From: a virus
Taxonomy: Duplodnaviria > Caudoviricetes
DNA: 64,000 bases
Direction: 5' to 3' (one strand)
Virus record (IMG/VR): IMGVR_UViG_3300031994_000009
Part shown: in pieces, positions 9,520-18,832 of the stretch
Layout of the letters: each line of letters starts with the position of its first letter
Position numbering within the stretch: the first letter of the stretch is position 1
Notes under the pieces: model-generated
What the model was told of the DNA's origin: nothing
The model's database searches: none
The model's input: the letters and a program-made list of their open reading frames with translations, nothing else
Translations under genes and position numbers: made by a program

Positions 9520-10509
9520 TTAAACAACTGGCCCATATTTTTCGTAAACACTCATGAGTACGTTTGAAAGTCCAACAGGATGATTAACAAAATTTTCTGT
9601 AATATTGACTAAATGTTTCGTAACATGTTTAAATAATTCGTTTTTTCTGTAATTCCATCTTTTACGAAGATATGCACACATCTCTTCATACGAAACATTT
9701 TTATCTCTGTATATTTCATTAAATGCTTTAGTCACATTAAACTTTTCTTTATCATCTTTTAAATCTTCTATATCAACCAAACGTTGTTGAATGTTCATCA
9801 TATTTTGATAAAAAGATGTGTTTATAATATAACTCATCAACTTTCTTGGTTCTTCGGTCACACGGAGTTTAGATAAACGATAAACTTCGGCTAAAAATTC
9901 ATTCTGTTCTGCTTCCCGTTCCGATTTTAAAATAAACGATATCACAGACGCGAGCTTTCCTTCGATCGAATTAATCATTGTAGAGTAAAATGCCAATTTT
10001 TCTCTATTAATTATACTTTCAAACTCATATCGCATATATGATTTTCCGTATTTTGAATTTATTGTTTCCATATAATCATCATACGCATGACCAAGTTCAT
10101 GTATAATTGCGCTACGAAACTTATTTATAAAATCGCTATCTTGTCCCATAGAACTTATCTGGATAACAATATCAATTCTTCCATCTTTGATCATAGATTT
10201 GTTCTGATTATAAGATGCCATAATATCAGCTGTTGGAACACGCACATTGAAATACATTAATTGTATTGTAAGAGAATTAAAAAAAGGATTATTCATCTTC
10301 GATGGATCTATGTGTACATCTCCTTCAAAAACCCCATACTTTTCGACAAATGGTTGAATAATTGAAAGCGTTTGTTTAACGACTTCTTCAGAGATTGGAA
10401 TAAGAGGATCATATAGCCCTTGTGACTCTTTGATTAGAAACTTCGCTGGAGATATTGCTAAAAGATTAGAAATGTATCGTTTAACAAGATCTATGTCTTT
10501 GTCTTCCAT
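9520..10509 (-). CDS. HExxH (zincin-like) protein, paralog A
   Basis: IIHELGHAYDDY...SEREA; similar to 44692-45654. Confidence 0.65.
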   Translation of the reverse strand: MEDKDIDLVKRYISNLLAISPAKFLIKESQGLYDPLIPISEEVVKQTLSIIQPFVEKYGVFEGDVHIDPSKMNNPFFNSLTIQLMYFNVRVPTADIMASYNQNKSMIKDGRIDIVIQISSMGQDSDFINKFRSAIIHELGHAYDDYMETINSKYGKSYMRYEFESIINREKLAFYSTMINSIEGKLASVISFILKSEREAEQNEFLAEVYRLSKLRVTEEPRKLMSYIINTSFYQNMMNIQQRLVDIEDLKDDKEKFNVTKAFNEIYRDKNVSYEEMCAYLRKRWNYRKNELFKHVTKHLVNITENFVNHPVGLSNVLMSVYEKYGPVV

Positions 10510-10529
10510 TTAAAAACATGTTATTTTTG

Positions 10530-10931
10530 TTATTTATAAATTTCTTTTAAAAACGATACAACTCTTGGCCAGTTAACTTCTACCGTATCATCATATTTTC
10601 TGGATTTGATTACAAAATCCTCGATCGATCTCTCTTGATAATCTTCATATATTGTATAGACATCTGACGCTATAAAATCTACAAAACCTTTTGTCAATCT
10701 TCTCTCAACAACAAGTTCGTTCAAGATATTTGTTGCACAACATGACATCGCGGACAAATTATATGCTGTTAATTGTTCATATAAGAAAGAATCTAAAGAT
10801 GTCTTTAACAAATCATACAATTTTTCTCTTGCGGTAAAATAATTACCAATATTACATTGAAACATTATTTCATTTTTCATATCTTCTTTAGAACTATCAA
10901 TCTTAGAACTATCAATATTCGTCTCTATCAT
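10530..10931 (-). CDS. hypothetical protein
   Basis: ORF; start uncertain (ATG 10931 chosen to minimise overlap). Confidence 0.55.
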   Translation of the reverse strand: MIETNIDSSKIDSSKEDMKNEIMFQCNIGNYFTAREKLYDLLKTSLDSFLYEQLTAYNLSAMSCCATNILNELVVERRLTKGFVDFIASDVYTIYEDYQERSIEDFVIKSRKYDDTVEVNWPRVVSFLKEIYK

Positions 10932-11598
10932 AAGGTTCATAATTTGGATTATTTTCCGCGATTCTATCAAGCTTTTCAATAAACTCATCCAACTTACACC
11001 CAGCCTGTATAGAAGTCATATCCTTTGGTTTACCAGACTCTGAAGCATCATATATCCATGCGACAGCACCAGCATTGATCATATCCACAGAAAATGGTGA
11101 ATTGTACCCACCATAGTCACATGGAAGTTTATAATAAATGGATTTTACACAGAATGGAACTACGACAATATTGTAATATTCGATCTTTGTCGCAATATGT
11201 AACCCTTCTGGTGTTTCTCTGGTTTCAAGAATCATGTCATCGTATGGACGTCCTGCATTGTGCTCGTATGGTTGATCATTCCAGTCATCTGCAAATTGTT
11301 GATACAGATGCAGTTGCGTAAAATAAGCATTCAGTTCAAACTCTCCAGCTTTATATTCAGGATTAGGAAGATCCTCCATTTTGAAGTCTGGATAAAGCCA
11401 TTGCTTCTTCTGATATTCCTCCCATGGAAGAGAGATAAAATCCTTATACTTCTCTCTTATCTCAGGACGGTAATCAAACACTGTTCTAGGAATACTATCA
11501 ACATAACACAACTTAAATTCAGTTATGTTGTCGTTTTTCAATTCCTTTGGAAAATCTCCTTTCCTGATTTGTTCTGGAGTAACTTTGATGTATGGCAT
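10912..11598 (-). CDS. hypothetical phage protein (DDWNDxPYEHNAG motif)
   Basis: ADDWNDQPYEHNAGRPY and NSPFSVDMINAG. Confidence 0.75.
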   Translation of the reverse strand: MPYIKVTPEQIRKGDFPKELKNDNITEFKLCYVDSIPRTVFDYRPEIREKYKDFISLPWEEYQKKQWLYPDFKMEDLPNPEYKAGEFELNAYFTQLHLYQQFADDWNDQPYEHNAGRPYDDMILETRETPEGLHIATKIEYYNIVVVPFCVKSIYYKLPCDYGGYNSPFSVDMINAGAVAWIYDASESGKPKDMTSIQAGCKLDEFIEKLDRIAENNPNYEPYDRDEY

Positions 11599-11620
11599 AT
11601 TCTCTAATGTTTTATTTAAA

Positions 11621-11891
11621 AAATGGGAGACGAGCGAAATTTGCGGGGTCGGCTGCTTTCCGTTCCATCTATGTTGGCACCATCCAGCGGGGTTTGGATG
11701 GCCTTTGCCGAATGTTGGCCGTCCTCAAACGGTGGGTCTCCCCTTTCCATCCCCTTTCTTGGCATTAACCGATCCATATTCACAAGACAACCGAAACCTC
11801 TATTTGTATCTTCGGAACCAAGGCAAACACAGATTGCCTCAATATCACCTACTCTCTTGCTACTCTGGAGCCTGTCCTCATCCTCCCATTT
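11621..11891 (-). ncRNA. putative ~270-nt structured noncoding RNA of unknown class
   Basis: Starts about 5 nt after the class I promoter and is GC-richer than its flanks. Terminal stem AAAUGGGAG(G)AUGAG / CUCGUCUCCCAUUU; internal hairpins whose G-U pairs favour the minus strand. Confidence 0.65.
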
Positions 11892-11895
11892 CTAT

Positions 11896-11908
11896 GCAAA
11901 TATACGGA
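11896..11908 (-). promoter_or_regulatory. Class I promoter driving the putative ncRNA
   Basis: Exact motif. Confidence 0.85.
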
Positions 11909-11928
11909 TAATTTATCAAACAAAAAAG

Positions 11929-11935
11929 ATAAATA
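11929..11935 (+). promoter_or_regulatory. Class III (late-type) promoter (G)ATAAATA
   Basis: Same motif precedes structural genes; lies 4 nt before the putative small RNA. Confidence 0.45.
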
Positions 11936-11938
11936 TCT

Positions 11939-12021
11939 AAAGTGGTTGGATTTATATTGTTTCCACGAAGTTATGCACTGGGTTCGCTGGTACGGGCATC
12001 AAGTAATTTCGCTACCACTTT
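11939..12021 (+). ncRNA. putative small three-way-junction RNA (may extend to the terminator near 12085)
   Basis: P1 AAAGUGGU/ACCACUUU, P2 UGGA/UCCA, P3 CGAAGUUA/UAAUUUCG, inner UGC/GCA and ACUGG/CUGGU. G-U pairs favour the + strand. Confidence 0.55.
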
Positions 12022-12049
12022 GACAACGACCGAAAAACCTTGTCGCGAA

Positions 12050-12079
12050 GAAAGGGAGTCTCATTTGAGACTCCCTTTC
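12050..12079. terminator. intrinsic terminator, probably bidirectional
   Basis: 14-bp perfect inverted repeat GAAAGGGAGTCTCA / TGAGACTCCCTTTC. Confidence 0.8.
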
Positions 12080-12089
12080 AATTATCCTT

Positions 12090-12590
12090 TTATAACGGGG
12101 AAACTATCAATCTTTTTGTGTTTTCTTTTGGTATTTTCTTTACAATATCATATTTAAAGTCTTTTCTAGATTTTATTAATGTAATTGTGTTATCACACAA
12201 AGAAATTAGATTTTCAATAATTCCTTTTGTAAAATCATATTTTTCAATATAAAAAACAACAAGGATATTGTTAACCTCGTATCCGATTCCTATATTTCCT
12301 TGTTTTGATGCAACGCAATAAAATATTTGTTTACTACTATTAAACCCCACAGCATTTGCTATATATTGATTAACAAGTAATTGAAATAATTTATCTCCAT
12401 AATATGTTGGTAGATTATAGCCAGACGGTTGAGAAAATTTTAATGTTGTAATCAATTGGTCTGCTGTCTTAGGTTGAGCAATTAAACCATTTGTAAAGAA
12501 CTCCGCAAGAGCACTAAGAACAAATGCAGATGCATGCCCATTTTTTGAATGAGTATTCCAAAAATTTGTAAGTTTTTCATATTTTGTCAT
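12090..12590 (-). CDS. hypothetical protein
   Basis: AT-rich ORF overlapping the stop of the AAA gene. Confidence 0.65.
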   Translation of the reverse strand: MTKYEKLTNFWNTHSKNGHASAFVLSALAEFFTNGLIAQPKTADQLITTLKFSQPSGYNLPTYYGDKLFQLLVNQYIANAVGFNSSKQIFYCVASKQGNIGIGYEVNNILVVFYIEKYDFTKGIIENLISLCDNTITLIKSRKDFKYDIVKKIPKENTKRLIVSPL

Positions 12591-13741
12591 TATTTAAATC
12601 CTATCTTCCTGTTTTTCTTACCACTAGAACCTTTGTTGTCATAATGATAGATATCGGCCAGAGACATATCTTCGCAATCCACATCACCGAATCCCCTTTC
12701 CTTCAGCAAAGCCTTTGCCTTGTCAGCGCATAGTTTTCCAAATTCATATTTAGCGAAGCATCTACCTTTTCTCAATATAGCCTCATCAACAGAAGTGATA
12801 TCAGCATTGAATGTACAGATAAACTTACCGTTGAATATATCGCTCATCAAACCGTCACTCATGTTCAACAACGATGACACAGCATTGGCGAAATCGTTTA
12901 TTGTCCTTTCCTTGATCACTGTCTCACAATCCTCAAGAACGAAAACGGAATCCTTGTGTTCGATCAAAAACGTCACGAACTCTGGAGAAGACATGCTTGT
13001 CGCCATGGAAGGCGGAATCAATATATAAGGTTTGTCCGTGTTCGTTATCAGATGCCTGATGAAATATGTCTTTCCAGTACCAGGTTCACCGTTCAGCAAA
13101 ATCAAACCAGATTTCCTGTCCTCGGACTCAATGAACTTGATGATATCTTCGCAGACTGGCTTGAAATCGTCATTGTAGTTCTTGTCTATGTCGATGTTCA
13201 CGGAGTTTATCTCAGACTCTATCGTATAATATCCAGAATCAGTGTCATATGCGACAAGCTCGATCTTCGGATATTCATCTTCCACAATCTTCTTTGTCGG
13301 CAACTTTGATATGAAATCGTCAGTAAACTTCTCAATGTCAATCCCAGAATCAAGATCATATAAAACCTCAATGGTATCATCGTCGAACGTGATTATGATA
13401 TTTTCGTCACTGAGTATGATTGTGATCAAAGCTATGATATGATCTCCTAAAAGGAACATCGATTTCCTGTTGTATCTAGGCTCCTCTGGATTATCTTCCC
13501 TTTCCAATGTCGCACAGGAAACCCTGTCGTCGATCGATCTGCAAGACTGCATATATACCTTGGCGTTAGGATATATTGATCTGATAAAAGACTTGTCTAT
13601 CTTCTCGAAATCAAACTCTGATTCTGTGTCATTTAGTTCGCACCCATACTTGCTAGGCATAAGATTGAACATTTTAGCGTACATGTACTGACGCTTGATG
13701 TATCCTTCGTTGTTAAATATTTCCTTGGCGTTTATAATCAT
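12590..13741 (-). CDS. AAA+ ATPase
   Basis: Walker A GEPGTGKT, Walker B VLEDCE, LLNMSDGL and D.A.LRKGR. Confidence 0.9.
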   Translation of the reverse strand: MIINAKEIFNNEGYIKRQYMYAKMFNLMPSKYGCELNDTESEFDFEKIDKSFIRSIYPNAKVYMQSCRSIDDRVSCATLEREDNPEEPRYNRKSMFLLGDHIIALITIILSDENIIITFDDDTIEVLYDLDSGIDIEKFTDDFISKLPTKKIVEDEYPKIELVAYDTDSGYYTIESEINSVNIDIDKNYNDDFKPVCEDIIKFIESEDRKSGLILLNGEPGTGKTYFIRHLITNTDKPYILIPPSMATSMSSPEFVTFLIEHKDSVFVLEDCETVIKERTINDFANAVSSLLNMSDGLMSDIFNGKFICTFNADITSVDEAILRKGRCFAKYEFGKLCADKAKALLKERGFGDVDCEDMSLADIYHYDNKGSSGKKNRKIGFK

Positions 13742-13752
13742 TTTTCTGATGT

Positions 13753-14025
13753 TTATCCGTTTAACAAATCTTCCTCAAGAATTTCCCTGAGGTTGACACA
13801 TTTCTCTATTATGAAATCATACCAGTCGTCTGGAGATCCTATCTCTTCCCCATATATCGTCTTGAAAGGTAGATTGTACATGGCCCAGATCGATGTCTGA
13901 TACACAGTTTCCTCGAAATTAAGATTACCGTCATCGTCCATACATGGATGACGTCTAGCATACGTTGTTATCTTCTTCTCGATTTCGCCGAAATTCTTGT
14001 CGTCTATTTTTGTGTTGTCCGCCAT
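13753..14025 (-). CDS. hypothetical protein
   Basis: Downstream of the class I promoter at 14049-14061 and ATAAATA at 14030-14036. Confidence 0.7.
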   Translation of the reverse strand: MADNTKIDDKNFGEIEKKITTYARRHPCMDDDGNLNFEETVYQTSIWAMYNLPFKTIYGEEIGSPDDWYDFIIEKCVNLREILEEDLLNG

Positions 14026-14048
14026 TTATTATTTATCACATATATGAC

Positions 14049-14061
14049 GCAAATATACGGA
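14049..14061 (-). promoter_or_regulatory. Class I promoter
   Basis: Exact motif. Confidence 0.85.
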
Positions 14062-14065
14062 TTTT

Positions 14066-14356
14066 TCATAAAACAGAAAAACAAATACCCAAAGATATCA
14101 ACACACCAGTTACACCGCCAAACACATCTGCCGCAAAATCCTTCCATGACGAAACACCTCCATGTGTTTTATCATAAAGTTCCTTAGACGCTCCAATCAT
14201 ACAAACACACAGGAAACTAAGAATTGTCGCCAACCACAATGGGGTGAACAGACAAAACAAACAGAACGAGATCTGACAGACAACCATGCTTAAAATAAAG
14301 TGCAGCACCTTATCGTTACTGATGCTGCACAATATACTTTCAATTCTTTTAATCAT
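14066..14356 (-). CDS. small membrane protein, YfiM/DUF2279/VanZ-like
   Basis: DKVLHF...GASKELYD...SWKDFAADVFGG. Start moved to ATG 14356 (ATGA overlap with the upstream stop). Confidence 0.65.
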   Translation of the reverse strand: MIKRIESILCSISNDKVLHFILSMVVCQISFCLFCLFTPLWLATILSFLCVCMIGASKELYDKTHGGVSSWKDFAADVFGGVTGVLISLGICFSVL

Positions 14357-14679
14357 AGTGAATACCCCCAGAAAACAAATGCGACAATAAACATGATTAA
14401 TCCACCGAACACAACACCGATCGCACACGGGATCCAATACCACGGGTTCCATTTTGTTTTCGTGACAAGAGCTTTAATTCCAGCAATAATTGGAAGTCCG
14501 AATGTGACAATTCCTGCAAGGCCCTGCCACAGATACTGCCAATTAAAACCAGCATAATGCCACACGAATGTGAGTATGATTGTCACAAACATTGCCCAAA
14601 GATGGGCAACCCCCGCATTTCCTTCCCATGGCCATATAAACGCATGTTCTGAAAGCCAATTGTTGAGTTTCTTAAACAT
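14353..14679 (-). CDS. small membrane protein with about 3 TM segments (possibly holin-like)
   Basis: Three hydrophobic segments; late-type ATAAATA upstream at 14701-14707. Confidence 0.6.
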   Translation of the reverse strand: MFKKLNNWLSEHAFIWPWEGNAGVAHLWAMFVTIILTFVWHYAGFNWQYLWQGLAGIVTFGLPIIAGIKALVTKTKWNPWYWIPCAIGVVFGGLIMFIVAFVFWGYSL

Positions 14680-14740
14680 TATGAAAAAATATTTTTTCTG
14701 TATTTATCGATTTCATAAATACCGAAAGGATGTTTGAACA

Positions 14741-14905
14741 ATGATAAATTGGGAAGAAGTTAGAGTTAATGCTGCAATATCAGCTATACAGGGTATTATG
14801 GAAAGCGGAAAACTAGGAATGGTTCTCGAACTGGATCCAGACATTCTGGCAAAACAGGCTGTAAGGGTTGCTGATGCCCTTGTGAATGAGTTAAAAAACG
14901 ATTAA
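14741..14905 (+). CDS. small 54-aa phage protein
   Basis: Below the ORF-track cutoff. MINWEEVRVNAAISAIQG...AKQAVRVADALVNELKND resembles a common Bacteroidetes-phage mini-protein pattern. ATAAATA at 14715-14721. Confidence 0.7.
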   Translation: MINWEEVRVNAAISAIQGIMESGKLGMVLELDPDILAKQAVRVADALVNELKND

Positions 14906-14907
14906 TA

Positions 14908-15375
14908 TCAAAAAGGAAGTCCATATTCAGATTCAGCCTCTTTTACGGAACACATCACCCTTCGTTGTATATCAATGTTTAGATTTCGAGATGTCTGGTA
15001 CATATAAGCAAACCTCCCAGCGAAGAAAACGACAGCTGATATGATTCCATCTTTTTTGTTCTGGACCATTATAACTGTTGTCATCGCATCTGTGATCGAA
15101 TCTCCGCCAAATCCATCAAACCCAAGTGCGGTCGAAGGCAAACTCTGCATGAAACTAATCATGTTAACAAGATAAAGATCCCTGTTTTCGCGAAGCAGAT
15201 CATCTATATGTTTCTTTATCTTAGATAGTTGTTCTATATAATCATCAACTATAGTCCTGTTTTTCGGAAAATACTTTAGCAGATTGATCGCATCCAAATA
15301 CTTCTGCCCATAAGATGGATCTCCCAAAACATTTCTTCTCTTTATAACTTCATCTCTGATTTCTTCTATATCCAT
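14908..15375 (-). CDS. hypothetical protein
   Basis: STALGFDGFGGDSIT.A.T motif; in operon. Confidence 0.7.
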   Translation of the reverse strand: MDIEEIRDEVIKRRNVLGDPSYGQKYLDAINLLKYFPKNRTIVDDYIEQLSKIKKHIDDLLRENRDLYLVNMISFMQSLPSTALGFDGFGGDSITDAMTTVIMVQNKKDGIISAVVFFAGRFAYMYQTSRNLNIDIQRRVMCSVKEAESEYGLPF

Positions 15376-15380
15376 AAGAA

Positions 15381-15752
15381 CTATTTTATAAGATTTTCAT
15401 AGCAATAAGCAATTCCAGCATCTAACGCCATGTAATGTGATGCAAACCCAGTCTTTGTTTTTAAAAGTTTGAACATTTCTGGATACAGTCCATATATCTC
15501 AAAAAGAAAACAAATCCCTTCTTCTGTGATATAAGGTTTTGTCGTTATATGCAAATCATGTTTTCCCCTCAATTTGTCACAAACGAAATCAGGATCATAT
15601 GCTTTAACAAGACTATCATTTAATTCGGAAACATTCGTTTTCTTGGCAATACCATCAGAACCATAGTACCAGAAATTGTTTTCATAGTTACTATATTCAT
15701 CACGACATTTCTGCGTAATTATCTTTGCTGTTTTGAATGAGACTATTTTCAT
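15381..15752 (-). CDS. hypothetical protein
   Basis: ORF in operon. Confidence 0.7.
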   Translation of the reverse strand: MKIVSFKTAKIITQKCRDEYSNYENNFWYYGSDGIAKKTNVSELNDSLVKAYDPDFVCDKLRGKHDLHITTKPYITEEGICFLFEIYGLYPEMFKLLKTKTGFASHYMALDAGIAYCYENLIK

Positions 15753-15757
15753 ATTTC

Positions 15758-16222
15758 TTAGATTTTTGTAATATCTACAGCATCACCAGATTCAATCAAT
15801 CCACTGAAGTCTATCTGATGATCATAAAGAAAATCCACATAGATAAAACACTGCTTCGGATTGAACGTAGGATATAAAACTTCAAAATTCTTTGTACTAG
15901 ACTCATGTTCAATCTCCTGAACAACGCCGTTGTCCAACACAGTAAATTTATCCATATCTTTATCAGTGAATAGTCTATTAAGAAGTTCTTTCTTCTCTTT
16001 CTCCGTCAATGCGCTAAGAGGTCTCAAACATAACTTGACATCGTCGATATAAAATTGATCGCCAGTCTCGTCTTCTTTTAAGCGAAGATATCCGTCAGTA
16101 CACAATTCATATACTTCGGAAATTATAGTTATCTCCTCATTAACGTCATCATCCCAGCCATGAGCCATAACCTTGACACCATATGGAATCCTCATGAATA
16201 ATTCTTTTATTTTATTGTTCAT
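15758..16222 (-). CDS. hypothetical protein
   Basis: RIPYGVK...LRPLS.LT motif pattern seen in Bacteroidetes phage proteins. Confidence 0.7.
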   Translation of the reverse strand: MNNKIKELFMRIPYGVKVMAHGWDDDVNEEITIISEVYELCTDGYLRLKEDETGDQFYIDDVKLCLRPLSALTEKEKKELLNRLFTDKDMDKFTVLDNGVVQEIEHESSTKNFEVLYPTFNPKQCFIYVDFLYDHQIDFSGLIESGDAVDITKI

Positions 16223-16596
16223 CTGATTTTTTCTTCTTTAAGTTTCTTGGTTACAAAATCAAAAAAATCTTTTTGCGTCTGTTTAGTTTTATCAGTCGAA
16301 AGATGCAAACCACCAACACCAACAAGATGTCCCCATCCTCTCATCATAAGAAACGGTTTCTTTGCTGTTTCCTCATCATCACCGACCCCTATATAAGTTT
16401 TTACTTCATCGATTCCGACAAACTTGAACGGGTCAAATTTATCTTCATAATTCAGCAAAGAAACAACCCTGTTCAAATCATCTTCTCTCTTATGGTCTAA
16501 AACAGTAAAAGCCATCGTTCCGTCTGAACAGAATATATAGACATTCATTCCATTCCTGTATGGCGCCTTATATGCGTTTCTAAAATCCATCAACAT
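16219..16596 (-). CDS. hypothetical protein (RGWGHLxGxGGL motif)
   Basis: MRGWGHLVGVGGLHL. Confidence 0.7.
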   Translation of the reverse strand: MLMDFRNAYKAPYRNGMNVYIFCSDGTMAFTVLDHKREDDLNRVVSLLNYEDKFDPFKFVGIDEVKTYIGVGDDEETAKKPFLMMRGWGHLVGVGGLHLSTDKTKQTQKDFFDFVTKKLKEEKIR

Positions 16597-16914
16597 TTAA
16601 TTTGTTTCTTCTTTTATTTCTATTGTATACACTTTCGATATATTTTCAATCATTTTTCTAACGACATTGATATCGTCAGCTGTTTTTAATACATCAAGAA
16701 ACGCAAGCATTGATTTAATCATATCAGAACGTCCATATCTTTTACCACGTTCAAATGAATCAGATTGACCAAAAGTGAAACAATTCCTTCCGAAACTTTC
16801 AAACGCTTGAGGTATATTATCTTTCGCAAATTCATATGTCTCTGATATACATTTATATGAATCTGTTTCTAAAATACCAGAATTCTTCCAAAAATCTTCA
16901 AAGTCTCTAAACAT
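16597..16914 (-). CDS. hypothetical protein
   Basis: Downstream of the class I promoter at 16951-16963. Confidence 0.7.
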   Translation of the reverse strand: MFRDFEDFWKNSGILETDSYKCISETYEFAKDNIPQAFESFGRNCFTFGQSDSFERGKRYGRSDMIKSMLAFLDVLKTADDINVVRKMIENISKVYTIEIKEETN

Positions 16915-16950
16915 AATTTATTATATTATACCGTTATCTTAATTTACAAC

Positions 16951-16963
16951 GCAAATATACGGA
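16951..16963 (-). promoter_or_regulatory. Class I promoter
   Basis: Exact motif. Confidence 0.85.
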
Positions 16964-16983
16964 AAACCAAATAAACCAGAAAA

Positions 16984-18042
16984 TCAAATCATAACAAGAT
17001 CCAACTCATCGTTCGAATAATATCCATCAAGACTTGGAATCCTGACATTGTTCTTGTCACACCATAGGACAACATCGTTGAAATCCACCTTACCGTGCGA
17101 CTGCATTCCGATATCTTTCTTAAAATTATCCCATAAGAATACATCGTTACCTTGCTTTATCTTCTCTATTGCATGTTCTCTTCCAGCCTTGTCATCATCA
17201 AACATGTATCTAACCTCAAACGGAAACTCTATGTGCTTTCCAGCCCCACATAAAGCCACACAATTCTTTATGAGGAAAGAATCCATAGGGCCTTCAACCA
17301 CTGTCACTGGCTTGGTTATATCTACAGTAAGTATGTTGAAAAGCATGGAAAGCTCGTTTATTTCATCTGGAACTGTGATATTGTCATTGAATATAAGTTG
17401 ATGGATCTTCTGCAAAGAATATGTCTTGTATTTCGCTTTAGATTTATCAAAAGAACGAACTTGCATACCGAATATCCTTCCAGAAGGAGTCAAGTTCAAT
17501 ATGAAAAGCTTATTAGCCTTTATCGAATACATGAAATTGTTGAATCCGTACTGATGTCTGTTAATGAGGTAAGACTTTCCCTGTGACGGAATAGAACATT
17601 CTGTAAGAGATAACAATGCCCTGAAAGAATCTCTGTCTATTGATAAGGATTCTATTGTATCAATGTCATATAACAGAGATGACATTTCTGTATTAGAAAA
17701 TGAGGAAAAAGAAGAAATGTCCTGTTTTGTGTTGGAAAGATAGTTTGCAATATCAAGGGAAACTGATTGTCCATACTTAGTAAGGAATCGTTGGACAGAC
17801 ATACATGTACCGCAATTGAAACATTTATACAAGTTACGGAAGCGTCCTTCCAGTATTATGTTTCCGCGTTTCTTGTAATTATCCTTGGCTGAATCTCCAC
17901 AACATGGTGCAGCAAAAGAGATTCTATCTTTATGGATTCTTATCTTTTGTTTCTGTTGGTTAGATGGAAAAACCTTGATAAGTATATCCTGAATCTTCGG
18001 TAAAATTGCATCTATAAAATCTTCCCTATTCCGTATCTCCAT
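16984..18042 (-). CDS. DNA primase, T4 gp61-like
   Basis: PCCGDS...KKRG...YKCFNCG zinc domain; TOPRIM VEGPMDS and FDDDKAG. Confidence 0.9.
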   Translation of the reverse strand: MEIRNREDFIDAILPKIQDILIKVFPSNQQKQKIRIHKDRISFAAPCCGDSAKDNYKKRGNIILEGRFRNLYKCFNCGTCMSVQRFLTKYGQSVSLDIANYLSNTKQDISSFSSFSNTEMSSLLYDIDTIESLSIDRDSFRALLSLTECSIPSQGKSYLINRHQYGFNNFMYSIKANKLFILNLTPSGRIFGMQVRSFDKSKAKYKTYSLQKIHQLIFNDNITVPDEINELSMLFNILTVDITKPVTVVEGPMDSFLIKNCVALCGAGKHIEFPFEVRYMFDDDKAGREHAIEKIKQGNDVFLWDNFKKDIGMQSHGKVDFNDVVLWCDKNNVRIPSLDGYYSNDELDLVMI

Positions 18043-18056
18043 TTCTTAATATTTTT

Positions 18057-18069
18057 GCAAATATACGGA
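18057..18069 (-). promoter_or_regulatory. Class I promoter
   Basis: Exact motif upstream of the primase. Confidence 0.85.
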
Positions 18070-18180
18070 ATTACAATAAAATAGAAAAAACAAAAAAATT
18101 ATTCTATTTGATATTTTATTTTCAACATTTTTATAAATATTCAATAAAACTATCTAATATCTGATATATTAACAAAAATC

Positions 18181-18220
18181 AAGAACGCCCCTCCAATGAC
18201 GGAGAGGCGTTTTCTTTTTT
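18181..18220. terminator. intrinsic terminator
   Basis: AACGCCCCTCC...GGAGAGGCGTT hairpin with A/T tracts on both sides. Confidence 0.75.
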
Positions 18221-18309
18221 GCTTAGTCGGTTTTCCAGCATTGTTTGCATTCGGATATGAAACCGTCGGCTTTCATTTTATCTTTCAATCAATCCTTGTT
18301 ATTTTACCA

Positions 18310-18655
18310 TCATCTACTGCCATTCCTCGATGAAAGGTGCCAGCACCGCCACCGTGGCGACGACTACCTGTTTGGCAAGGGCATGAAGTGCGGCCCCGTG
18401 ATGGGCAACTCGAAGCAGTTCGGGCGGTTCTGGGAGCGCCGTGTGGTGTGCGACGGCGGCATCTACCCCGAGCTGGGCAAGCGTGGCGTGGTGTTCTATT
18501 CCTTCAAGAACTCGGGCATCACCGATATGTTGGCGCGTGGTGTGCCGTCGTCGGTGGTGCGCGACCATGCACGGCACCAAGACCTGAGCACGACCGAGAT
18601 CTATGGCCGCGGCTCCTCGTTGAAAGCCCCAGAAGCGTTGAAGGACTACAAGTGA
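18310..18655 (+). pseudogene. 3' fragment of a tyrosine recombinase/integrase of foreign origin
   Basis: Abruptly GC-rich. FYSFKNSGIT...VRDHARH...TTEIY corresponds to the box II region and catalytic Tyr. No N-terminal part and no credible start. Confidence 0.8.
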
Positions 18656-18832
18656 TTTTTTACCCTCTCATCTACCATCCAACAGGATAAGCCTCAGGCG
18701 AGTAGTTATTGTTGTCAATAAGGCTCACATAATGCACTAAGAGAAGCAGTGGTATTGCTACCACTATTCCTACTGAGATGATGTTCAATATTTCAGTCGA
18801 TTCTATGGTCAGTTAGAGCAAAGGTGATTGTC

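Noticed and set aside
11621-12021. Assignment of the RNAs to tmRNA, RNase P, SRP, tRNA, hammerhead or cobalamin riboswitch
   Set aside because: Diagnostic landmarks are missing (T-loop/CCA end, GAGGAAAGUCC, CUGAUGA, B12 box); only short chance similarities such as GCAGC and CCCCGCAA are present.
11525-12252. Plus-strand ORFs over the ncRNA locus (11525, 11623, 11942, 12040)
   Set aside because: Atypical composition, overlap with real genes or the terminator; the structure and promoter evidence fits RNA better.
18245-18690. Functional integrase implying a temperate lifestyle
   Set aside because: Only about 115 C-terminal codons, no valid start, and foreign composition.
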